From Parcubacteria group bacterium LiPW_41 (GTDB lineage Bacteria; Patescibacteriota; Minisyncoccia; UBA6257; GWB1-50-10), in contig VMEM01000005.1 in NCBI GenBank assembly GCA_007375535.1, forward strand, positions 7,469 through 71,468: a DNA stretch of 64,000 nt, written 5' to 3'. The translations under genes and the position numbers were made by a program. Positions 8,417 through 15,782 of this stretch are shown one piece after another (the stretch's first letter is position 1; each line of letters opens with the position of its first letter). The notes under the pieces were generated by a model. That model saw only the letters and a program-made list of their open reading frames with translations, did no database searches and had not been told where the DNA came from.

Positions 8417-8605
8417 CAAAGAACTCCGCGATAGCGGAGTTTTGAGTTAATGAGGAGCGAGACAACTGCTTGTCTCGCGATAGAATTTGAAGCCCGGAGC
8501 GTTGTGCATTCAGCAGAATGCACCGCGAGGGCCGGCCTTAAGGTAATCACGAGCGACGGCAAGTGATTAACCGGAATGGCAAATCCTCTCATTGCGGGGA
8601 TTTTT
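8417..8605 (+). ncRNA. Candidate structured RNA/element of unknown identity downstream of tRNA-Thr. GC-rich, four consecutive perfect hairpins, ends in terminator.
   Basis: Hairpins gaactccgc/gcggagtt, gcgagacaa/ttgtctcgc, gtgcattc/gaatgcac, ggtaatcac/gtgattaacc; 3' end repeats the tRNA-Thr 3' terminus (caaatcctctcattg). Confidence 0.35.
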
Positions 8606-8711
8606 TTCTCCATTTATTTCAAAAATTACAAAATTAAAAATTCTTTTGCTTGCAAAAGCATCTTCATAGGCGTATAACAAAATTAGATTTATTAACCAAC
8701 AGAGGTGTAAC

Positions 8712-8942
8712 ATGAAGTCAGAACCGATCAGCTTTTCGAAAGGAGATCATTTTACCATTGTTCCAACTCCACTAAATAAGGCAAAACATGCACGGAATGA
8801 ATTCAAAGGTCTCGAACTTAATAAGGAATATGTTGTAGCCGATACATACCGAAAATGGGATAAATGGTATGTATCTGTTGAACTTGAAAACGGAACCCGT
8901 TCTCAGCATGTTGTTGCTGATAATTCATTTTCTAAAAAATAA
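8712..8942 (+). CDS. Hypothetical small protein (76 aa).
   Basis: ORF with RBS-like AGAGG and strong cccccc/gggggg terminator. Confidence 0.45.
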   Translation: MKSEPISFSKGDHFTIVPTPLNKAKHARNEFKGLELNKEYVVADTYRKWDKWYVSVELENGTRSQHVVADNSFSKK

Positions 8943-8967
8943 CCCCCCAATCGGGGGTTCTATTTTT
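8942..8967 (+). terminator. Rho-independent terminator (cccccc-aatc-ggggg-ttctattttt).
   Basis: Stem-loop plus T run. Confidence 0.6.
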
Positions 8968-9005
8968 CTCTTTATTTGAAACTTGAAATTTATAAATTAA
9001 AATTG

Positions 9006-9027
9006 AACTTGCGTAGATGCGCAAGTT
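9006..9027. promoter_or_regulatory. Palindromic operator-like site AACTTGCG-N6-CGCAAGTT upstream of paralog I.
   Basis: Perfect 8-bp arms; same palindrome core and flanks at 23191..23212 upstream of the unrelated 23258 gene. Confidence 0.45.
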
Positions 9028-9062
9028 ATTGTATTCTATTTTCATTCATTAACAAAAGGAGA

Positions 9063-9482
9063 ATGGTGATGAAGAAACCATTTTACGCCTATACACACAT
9101 GAATTGTGCACTAAGCGAGAAGCAGGGGAATAGTTTTTGGGATATTGCTGCGATTTTAAGTGTTCCGCTTTCCCATTTCAAAAAAACGGCTGGGTGTAGT
9201 AAGGGAAACGCAATCCATATCCTTGGAGTTTCCGATATTGGAAAATATTTTCAAATTAAGATTCTCGACCCGGTTCAAATCGGTGTTGGAAAATTGTTGG
9301 GCTTTAATTTTGATGTAATTCCAGATTCAGAATTCAGAAATGCACTTCAGAAATATCAGAGCTATCTTGATAAGTTTGTTATTGCAGTATTTTTGGTTAA
9401 GAAAAGAAGGAAGGAAGTTATAGTAGTGGTAAGGCTTAATAATTGTGATGTAACCCCAATTAAAAAACGGAGAAAAAGATGA
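9063..9482 (+). CDS. Small-protein paralog family member I (subfamily 2, basic KKRRKR C-terminal tail).
   Basis: Core motifs AAILSVPLSHF..GCS, GKYFQIKILDP..G..LGFNFDVIP; C-terminus CDVTPIKKRRKR. RBS AAAGGAG. Confidence 0.6.
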   Translation: MVMKKPFYAYTHMNCALSEKQGNSFWDIAAILSVPLSHFKKTAGCSKGNAIHILGVSDIGKYFQIKILDPVQIGVGKLLGFNFDVIPDSEFRNALQKYQSYLDKFVIAVFLVKKRRKEVIVVVRLNNCDVTPIKKRRKR

Positions 9483-9943
9483 AAAAAGAAAAATTCTTTA
9501 TGTATGATCATAAAGGAAAACCAGCAAATTTTGTTTTCTCTCCAACTCCACAAATCATACTCTCAATACAACTTTCTCGTTTTATACCAAGATGTGGAAA
9601 CGTAATGGGTGCAGGGAAACTTCTCAAAAAGAGTCAGATTGAGAAAAAGTTTCGCGTAAATACTGTTGGAGGAAAAGATTTGGGCGTTTGTGTATTTAAG
9701 GGTTTTGGATTTGATGCAATTCCCAAAAATACATTTAAAAAAGCACTTCTTGAGTGTGGACATAACAACATTTCTGATTCTCAACTAGAAAATCCTTCGG
9801 AAGAACTTCAACGTGATTTTGAGAAAAGAGCAGAAAAATATCATGATTTACTTGGAGAAAAATTTCTTGTATTTGAAAAAACAGGAAGAGTTCCTTGTAC
9901 AATCATCATAAATTCAGAAGCGTGCGATGCAGTTCCAATTTAG
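9479..9943 (+). CDS. Small-protein paralog family member H (subfamily 2). Start overlaps stop of member I (ATGA).
   Basis: Motifs ILSIQLSRF..CG, EKKFRVNTV.G..G...GFGFDAIP, C-terminal CDAVPI. Confidence 0.6.
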   Translation: MKKEKFFMYDHKGKPANFVFSPTPQIILSIQLSRFIPRCGNVMGAGKLLKKSQIEKKFRVNTVGGKDLGVCVFKGFGFDAIPKNTFKKALLECGHNNISDSQLENPSEELQRDFEKRAEKYHDLLGEKFLVFEKTGRVPCTIIINSEACDAVPI

Positions 9944-9949
9944 TATTTA

Positions 9950-10006
9950 AACCCCCAATCGGGGGTCTTTTTTATCCCGCACTTTTTATTAAAAGGTGCG
10001 GGATTC
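9950..10006 (+). terminator. Tandem terminator hairpins (ccccc-aatc-ggggg-tctttttt, then atcccgcac...gtgcgggat).
   Basis: Two consecutive GC stems after paralog H. Confidence 0.6.
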
Positions 10007-10066
10007 GAAATTAAGATTTATTGTCCCAGTCTTTCTCAAACATAAAGCGTTGGCTATAATACTTCT

Positions 10067-11554
10067 GTGGAGCATAAAAAAATATTAATCATTGGCGCTG
10101 GTCCTGGTGGTTTGTCATCCGCAATGCAACTTGCACATAAAGGATTCCAAGTTGATGTATTCGAAAAACAACCATCTCCAGGTGGGAGAACCTCAGAAAT
10201 AAAAGTAGGTGACTTCAAATTTGATGTCGGACCTACTTTTTTTATGATGAAACACGTTATCGATCGTGTTTTTGGAAACGTGGGGAGAAAGCCCGAGGAC
10301 TATATTTCGTTTGTTCGTTTGTCGCCAATGTATCGTCTGATGTTGCCAGATAATAGAACCATTGATGCGTTTGAGGACAGGGAGCAAATGCGAGCACAGC
10401 TAGAAAAAACCTTTCCGGGCGATGGAAATGGAATTGATTTATTTTATGAACGAGAGACAAAACGGTATGCTCGTTTGATGCCGATTCTCGAACGGAATAA
10501 CAATTCAATGCGTGATATTTTTCGTTTAGAATTCTTTAAAGCAATTCCATACTTTGCTATAGGGAGATCACTTTTTGATGAAATGGGAAGATATTTTAAT
10601 GCAGAATTTGCTCGACTCTCTTTCACTTTCCAATCAAAATATCTTGGAATGTCCCCATGGAAATGTCCGGGTGCATTTGGTTTGGTTCCTTTTATAGAGC
10701 ATTCCGAGGGTGTGTTTCATGTCAAAGGAGGGTTAAATAAAATTTCAGAAGGAATGGCTCGAGCAGCCGAAGAAGACGGGGCTAGGTTTCACTACAACAC
10801 AAGTGTTAAAAAAATAATTGTTAAAGATGGTAAAGCAATAGGAATACAAACAGAGGAAGGAGAGGAATTCTTTGGGGATGAGGTGATTGTGAACGCAGAT
10901 TTTGGATATGCGATGGAACACCTGTTCGAATCAAGTGATCTAAAGAAATACACGCCAAAGAAATTGGAGAAGAAAGGAATTTCTTGTTCAATCTTTATGT
11001 TGTATGCAGGTATGAAAACAACATATCCGTTGGAGCATAATACAATCGTGTTTGCAAAAGACTACAAGAAAAATGTTGATGATGTATTTTCGGGAAACCT
11101 TTCGGGTGATAATATCTCGTTTTATATTCGAAATACTTCTGAGACAGATCCAGATGATGCACCAAAAGGAAAAAGTGCTCTATATATTTTAGTTCCCGTT
11201 CCAAATAAACGAGCAAATATCAATTGGAAAACAGAGGCACAGAATGTTCGTAATGCAGTCATTCATCAGATTGAGGAACGTCTTGGATTTAAAGATTTTT
11301 CTTCAATGATTGAAGTTGAACGTGTTATTACTCCAGATGAGTGGGAAGGTGAATATAACGTATATAGAGGTGCTGTCTTTAATCTCGCACACAATCTTGG
11401 GCAGATGTTGTGGTTTCGTCCACATAATAAATTTGAGGACGTAGATAATTGTTATCTTGTTGGTGGGGGAACGCACCCAGGAAGTGGTCTTCCAACCATT
11501 TTCCAATCTGGCGTCATCGCCGCTGATCTAATTTCCAAAAAATACAACAAATAA
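10067..11554 (+). CDS. FAD-dependent oxidoreductase, phytoene desaturase (CrtI) family.
   Basis: N-terminal dinucleotide-binding ILIIGAGPGGLS...FEKQPSPGGR and C-terminal GGGTHPGSGLP. GTG start 6 nt after TATAAT (leaderless). Confidence 0.7.
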   Translation: MEHKKILIIGAGPGGLSSAMQLAHKGFQVDVFEKQPSPGGRTSEIKVGDFKFDVGPTFFMMKHVIDRVFGNVGRKPEDYISFVRLSPMYRLMLPDNRTIDAFEDREQMRAQLEKTFPGDGNGIDLFYERETKRYARLMPILERNNNSMRDIFRLEFFKAIPYFAIGRSLFDEMGRYFNAEFARLSFTFQSKYLGMSPWKCPGAFGLVPFIEHSEGVFHVKGGLNKISEGMARAAEEDGARFHYNTSVKKIIVKDGKAIGIQTEEGEEFFGDEVIVNADFGYAMEHLFESSDLKKYTPKKLEKKGISCSIFMLYAGMKTTYPLEHNTIVFAKDYKKNVDDVFSGNLSGDNISFYIRNTSETDPDDAPKGKSALYILVPVPNKRANINWKTEAQNVRNAVIHQIEERLGFKDFSSMIEVERVITPDEWEGEYNVYRGAVFNLAHNLGQMLWFRPHNKFEDVDNCYLVGGGTHPGSGLPTIFQSGVIAADLISKKYNK

Positions 11555-11573
11555 AAAATCCCCCAAAAGGGGA

Positions 11574-11963
11574 TTAAAATAGTGGCTCAACGTCGAGATT
11601 TTTATTTGCCTCGACAGCAAGAATTTCTCCGGTTTCTACAATCTTAAAAAATGCAAAGCACGTCAAATAAAGGAGGTTGGTTTCGTCACCTTGAAATTCT
11701 TTTTTCATTTCTTCATCTCCAACTACATCAATACCGAAGCCCAGGAGTTCACAATCGCCAATTTCATATGGGTCGAATATTGAAACTTTAAACCTCTTTC
11801 CAATATTTTGATTGGTGAGTAGGTCTCGATTTTTTCCTGACGAACATCCATCAACGTGGGGAAACTGTGAGAGTGGGGTGGTGAGCATTGCATTGAAAAC
11901 GTCACCTTTTGTCATGGAAATTCCAGAGTTGGAGTAAAAATATAATCGTTTCTTTTCAGACAC
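11574..11963 (-). CDS. Small-protein paralog family member B (subfamily 1).
   Basis: LYFYSNSG...AMLTTPLSQFPHVDGCSS...GKRFKVSIFDP...LGFGIDVV...DVEPLF. TTGACT-17-CATAAT promoter plus AAAGGAGG RBS upstream. Confidence 0.65.
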   Translation of the reverse strand: MSEKKRLYFYSNSGISMTKGDVFNAMLTTPLSQFPHVDGCSSGKNRDLLTNQNIGKRFKVSIFDPYEIGDCELLGFGIDVVGDEEMKKEFQGDETNLLYLTCFAFFKIVETGEILAVEANKNLDVEPLF

Positions 11964-12167
11964 TTTGTCCTCCTTTTATTTTTAATGATTATGTATATTA
12001 TGCTCAATATTCATAAAAAAGTCAATTAAATGCCTATTTCGATACTGAACCCCTGTTTTAATCTTCACCCTCCTAATGCGTGGATTTTACCTTTAACGCA
12101 AGGTGGTTGTCATGTAAATGGTTTTGCGATATAAAAAACATATCATTAACAAACCAAGAGGCTGACT

Positions 12168-12605
12168 ATGCCCACATTTGATAGAAATTTATTATGTGCT
12201 GGTTCAGTACGTTTTCAGATGTCCCCAAGTTTTATTGAACATATATTCTGGAGCGCACCAATGTTTGTTGAGTATTATGATGGAGAGATCGGCACTCGTC
12301 GACTTACGAGCGTAATGACCAATGGAGATGTCTTATCTGAAATCGGACCGCAAAATGTTTTTGATGTATCTGATGTTTTAAAAATAATTTTTTCTATTTC
12401 ACAATTTTCTCCCGAAGATGTTGCCGAAAATGGAAGTTTTATACAGAAAAATTCTTGTTATCTCATTTTTGCGCAAGATAATAAGCGTCGAAAAATGTTC
12501 ATCATAACCATAGAACGAGACGAGCAAAATGTCTGGAATCTTGGATATGAGGATGAGGCACATCTTGCCTGGAATGAAGGCGTTCGCATAATTACGAAAT
12601 ATTAA
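12168..12605 (+). CDS. Hypothetical protein (145 aa).
   Basis: ORF with RBS AAGAGG; terminator tcccgc...gcggga after stop. Confidence 0.45.
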   Translation: MPTFDRNLLCAGSVRFQMSPSFIEHIFWSAPMFVEYYDGEIGTRRLTSVMTNGDVLSEIGPQNVFDVSDVLKIIFSISQFSPEDVAENGSFIQKNSCYLIFAQDNKRRKMFIITIERDEQNVWNLGYEDEAHLAWNEGVRIITKY

Positions 12606-12837
12606 TCCCGCAATTCTATAATTCAGCGGGATTTTTTATCCCCATTTTTTTCTCCTATCTGTCATTCCCGCGAAGGTGGGAATCCAGTATTTCTTGTTGT
12701 GATTTTGGTATTTTGAATTTGCAGTGCCGTTCCATAGCTTTAGCGAAGGATGGTTTAGAGTTTAGTAATTAGGATTTAGAGTTTTAATTTTGAACTTTGC
12801 ATTTTGCCCTTTGCACTAATTGTCGTATTATTACCTT

Positions 12838-13758
12838 ATGAAGCACACATTGATTTTTGTTCTCGTGTTAATCATTCTCACACTGTTAGTTCTTGGTGCG
12901 GGGATAATAAAGTTTAATACAACAAATAGCGATATATACAACCAAAACGGAACACAAATAAACGTCCATGACGGAACGTATCAAATTAATGGACAATCAA
13001 TAACACTTAAAAATGGAATTTCAGAGGTCGAGGTAGCACCTGGGTCTGCATCAAAAATAATTACTCGATATTTTGGAAATGACGTCGAGGCTGATCTTAA
13101 TAACGATGGAGTTAAGGATCGTGTGTTCCTTATTACTCAAGAGACGGGAGGAAGTGGAACCTTCTTCTATGTGGTTGCTCGCGTAAATATTCCAAGTGGA
13201 AGCGTTGGCTCAGATGCGGTGTTTTTGGGAGATCGCATTGCCCCACAATCAACAAATATGGGAAAGGGGAATGTTGTAGTAGTAAATTATGCTGAGAGAA
13301 AACAAGGCGAGGCATTTACCGTGCAACCATCCGAAGGAAAAAGTAAGTGGCTGTTGTTGGATCCAAAAACAATGCAATTTGGTGAGGTTGCTCAAAATTT
13401 TGAGGGAGAGGCAAATCCAGCAATGATGACACTTGATATGAAACCATGGAGATGGGTAAAAACAACATATAACAATGATACTGAAATGAAACCAAAAATA
13501 GACAGATTTGTTCTCGCATTTAAAAATGACAAAACCTTTTCTGCTTCAACGGACTGTAATGGTGTGGGTGGTGAATACACAGTGACAGGAAATAAAATTT
13601 CATTTACTAGAATGTTTTCTACTCAAATGTATTGTGAGGGATCGCAAGAAAGTGAGTTCGCAAAAATGTTGGAAGAGACACAAAGCTTTCTCTTTACCTC
13701 AAAAGGTGAGCTCATTCTTGAATTAAAATTCGACTCCGGCTCTGTCATTTTTAATTAA
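12838..13758 (+). CDS. Membrane-anchored protein with C-terminal META/HslJ-like domain.
   Basis: N-terminal TM (LIFVLVLIILTLLVLGAGII). C-terminal DCNGVGGEYTVTGNKISFTRMFSTQMYCEG matches META-domain pattern. ATG 6 nt after TATTAT. Confidence 0.55.
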   Translation: MKHTLIFVLVLIILTLLVLGAGIIKFNTTNSDIYNQNGTQINVHDGTYQINGQSITLKNGISEVEVAPGSASKIITRYFGNDVEADLNNDGVKDRVFLITQETGGSGTFFYVVARVNIPSGSVGSDAVFLGDRIAPQSTNMGKGNVVVVNYAERKQGEAFTVQPSEGKSKWLLLDPKTMQFGEVAQNFEGEANPAMMTLDMKPWRWVKTTYNNDTEMKPKIDRFVLAFKNDKTFSASTDCNGVGGEYTVTGNKISFTRMFSTQMYCEGSQESEFAKMLEETQSFLFTSKGELILELKFDSGSVIFN

Positions 13759-14163
13759 ATGTTGTATCTAAAAAACAGTAATATAATTTGGAAGCATATA
13801 GTTGTGATTCCAATTCTCACTCTCTTATCAATACCACTAATTATTTTAGATGTTTGTGTTGAACTATATCATCGAATCTGTTTTCCATTGTGCAAACTTC
13901 CTTATATTAAAAGAAGTGCGCACATAAAAATTATCGATAGGGGAAAACTACAATATCTTTCATTTTGGCAAAAGCTTTACTGTATGTATTGCGGATATGG
14001 AAATGGAGTGATTCGATATTGGAAGGAGATTGCTTCTGTAACCGAAGGATATTGGTGTGGAATTAAACACAAAAAATCTGAAGGATTTATTGATCAAGAT
14101 CACCAAAAAGATTTTGCAGAATATGGAAATCAAAATGATTTTGTCCAAAAATATAAAAAGTAA
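13759..14163 (+). CDS. Hypothetical membrane protein (134 aa).
   Basis: ORF abutting previous stop; hydrophobic N-terminus. Confidence 0.4.
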   Translation: MLYLKNSNIIWKHIVVIPILTLLSIPLIILDVCVELYHRICFPLCKLPYIKRSAHIKIIDRGKLQYLSFWQKLYCMYCGYGNGVIRYWKEIASVTEGYWCGIKHKKSEGFIDQDHQKDFAEYGNQNDFVQKYKK

Positions 14164-14235
14164 GTTTAAATACCATAAAAATCCTCCGTCTCCGGAGGAT
14201 TTTTATTTCGTTGATTAATTGTTTATTGATTGAAA

Positions 14236-14338
14236 ATTTTTCTCCCTCTCCTCATTCAAAATTCGAAATTCGTCATTCGAAATTATTCTCAATTCTCTCT
14301 TCTCTCATTTAAAACTTGAAATTTAGAATTTAAAATTA
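14236..14338. repeat. Mosaic intergenic repeat block (M1 plus M4 'aaacttgaaatttagaatttaaaatt').
   Basis: M1 copy about 95% identical to 15685..15745. Confidence 0.5.
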
Positions 14339-14344
14339 TTCCTA

Positions 14345-14660
14345 CTATGCCTGCACTATTTTATGTATCTCCGGAACTTCTTTTGCCTTTCTGTTATCAA
14401 ATTTAATAGTCAGAAACGTTCCAACAAATGCACCGATCGCCGCAGGTAATAGATACCAGTTGTTTCCAATATATTCAATTGCCACAAGTCCTCCAGCAAT
14501 AATGATGACTGCAGATAGGGTAGAAGCAGACAAGGTTTTTCCATGAGTTACTCTACGTATATAAATTGCCCATAATGTATCGGAAAATGCCGTAACCAAA
14601 AATACCACCAATGCCTTTGCTGGGCTCACTTCCCAAAACATCGCAATAATCTGTTCCATG
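14345..14660 (-). CDS. Integral membrane protein (105 aa from MEQIIAMFW).
   Basis: TTGACT-17-CATAAT promoter on minus strand, followed 6 nt later by ATG (leaderless); about 3-4 TM helices. Confidence 0.5.
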
Positions 14661-14737
14661 CCCATATTATGCTTTATAAACACAAAAAAGTCAATTAAAT
14701 CCTCGCTTTTTCAAATCTTGCACTTTCTCTATTCTCA

Positions 14738-14782
14738 TGGTATAATATTTTCATATTTAACAATGATAAATAGGAGGCCAGA
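14738..14782 (+). promoter_or_regulatory. Conserved promoter/5'UTR cassette (TGgTATAAT-ATTTTCATATTTAACAATGATAAAT-AGGAGGCC) driving paralog A.
   Basis: Near-identical 45-nt cassette also at 18139..18183, 15204..15247, 6383..6421 and 20546..20589. Confidence 0.55.
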
Positions 14783-15148
14783 GTGGCTGAAAGAAAGTTG
14801 TATTTTTATGATTCAAATGGTAATGAGACGAATTCAATTGTTTTTGAAGCAGTCCTTACCACCCCACTTTCACAGTTTTCTCATATCGATGGATGTTCTT
14901 CTTATAAAAATCTAGAACTACTTATTCCTCAGAATGTTGGGAAAAAGTTTAAACTTTCGATTCTCGATCCATTCGAAGTCGGCGAAGTTACATATCTCGG
15001 CGATGGCTTGGATGCTATACCAGATGAATCAATCCGTAGTGTATTGTCCAATATTAGAGAGGGCTACATTGATGATTGGTTTTATGTATTCCAACTTAAC
15101 GATGAATTAGTTATTTCTGCCAGCTTCGATGTCGAACCTCTCTTTTAA
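14783..15148 (+). CDS. Small-protein paralog family member A (subfamily 1), GTG start.
   Basis: LYFYDSNGNE..AVLTTPLSQFSHIDGCSS..GKKFKLSILDPFEVGE..LGDGLDAIPD..DVEPLF. Promoter-leader cassette at 14738. Confidence 0.7.
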   Translation: MAERKLYFYDSNGNETNSIVFEAVLTTPLSQFSHIDGCSSYKNLELLIPQNVGKKFKLSILDPFEVGEVTYLGDGLDAIPDESIRSVLSNIREGYIDDWFYVFQLNDELVISASFDVEPLF

Positions 15149-15203
15149 TCTTTGCCCCCACATAAGTGGGGGATTTTTATTACTATTGCAATTTCTCTCT
15201 ATG

Positions 15204-15247
15204 CGTGGTACAATATTTTCACATTTAACAACAAATAGGAGGCCTAA
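15204..15247 (+). promoter_or_regulatory. Same cassette (variant) driving paralog C.
   Basis: tggtacaatattttcacatttaacaacaaataggaggcc. Confidence 0.5.
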
Positions 15248-15634
15248 ATGGCTGAAGAAAAAAAGATCTACATATATGACGCAAGAAATACTTTGTATTC
15301 TCATAAAAGTACTTGTGCGTGTCCTGCGGCAGTTCTAACTGTTGCAATTGAATCATTCGATAGGACACCGGGTTGTTCAAGTCGTATTGGGCGAGAATTT
15401 TTAACCGAAGAAAATGTTGGGAAAAATTTTGACATTTCAATTCTTGACCCAGTTCTTGTTGGTGCAGTTGAGTTTGTTGGAATAGGTCAAAAGTACATTC
15501 CTGCATCCATTTATAATAATGTTATAAATTCTTTCCCTAAATTCTTTGACTATGGTGATTTTGCCGTATTCAAGCAGGGTGATGAATACATCATTGTTGA
15601 TACTGATTATCTTGATGTAAAACCTCTGTTTTAA
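15248..15634 (+). CDS. Small-protein paralog family member C (subfamily 1).
   Basis: IYIYD..AAVLTVAIESF..PGCSS..GKNFDISILDP..VGIGQKYIP..DVKPLF. Same cassette at 15204. Confidence 0.7.
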   Translation: MAEEKKIYIYDARNTLYSHKSTCACPAAVLTVAIESFDRTPGCSSRIGREFLTEENVGKNFDISILDPVLVGAVEFVGIGQKYIPASIYNNVINSFPKFFDYGDFAVFKQGDEYIIVDTDYLDVKPLF

Positions 15635-15747
15635 TTATTACCCCCGCTCTGCGGGGCTTTTTTATCCTCTGTATTTGTTTAAAATTTCTCTCCATCTCCT
15701 CATTCAAAATTCGAAATTCGTCATTCGAAATTATTCTCAATTCTCCC

Positions 15748-15782
15748 TTTATACTTTCTACGTTCTACTCTATACTATCCCT
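15748..15782 (+). promoter_or_regulatory. Leaderless promoter element of obg (TATACT -10, 6 nt, then ATG).
   Basis: 31-nt string tttatactttctacgttctactctatactat is identical to the one at 18746..18776 upstream of the RF2-like gene. Confidence 0.45.

Noticed and set aside
8344-8600. Integrated prophage or genomic island at tRNA genes, suggested by the tRNA 3'-end direct repeats.
   Set aside because: Bracketed segments are only 115-165 bp, and no integrase, recombinase or phage gene is present anywhere in the window. Retained only as att-like scars in the findings.
8417-8605. tmRNA (ssrA) hypothesis for the GC-rich element after tRNA-Thr, since tmRNA 3' ends mimic tRNA T-arm/acceptor.
   Set aside because: The element is only about 180 nt. 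It lacks the T-stem 5' half (GGAGG) before the repeated 3' segment. It has no 5' acceptor partner and no plausible tag-peptide reading frame ending in a stop after Ala-Ala.
15675-15782. Long N-terminal extension of the Obg ORF (track start 15675), and similar upstream alternative starts for recQ (21904), the isochorismatase-like gene (26371), hisS (42560), 59296 and 33192.
   Set aside because: The extensions are non-homologous or low-complexity, begin at non-ATG codons inside repeat modules or tRNA, and the downstream ATG/GTG starts have better promoter/RBS context and match family N-termini.
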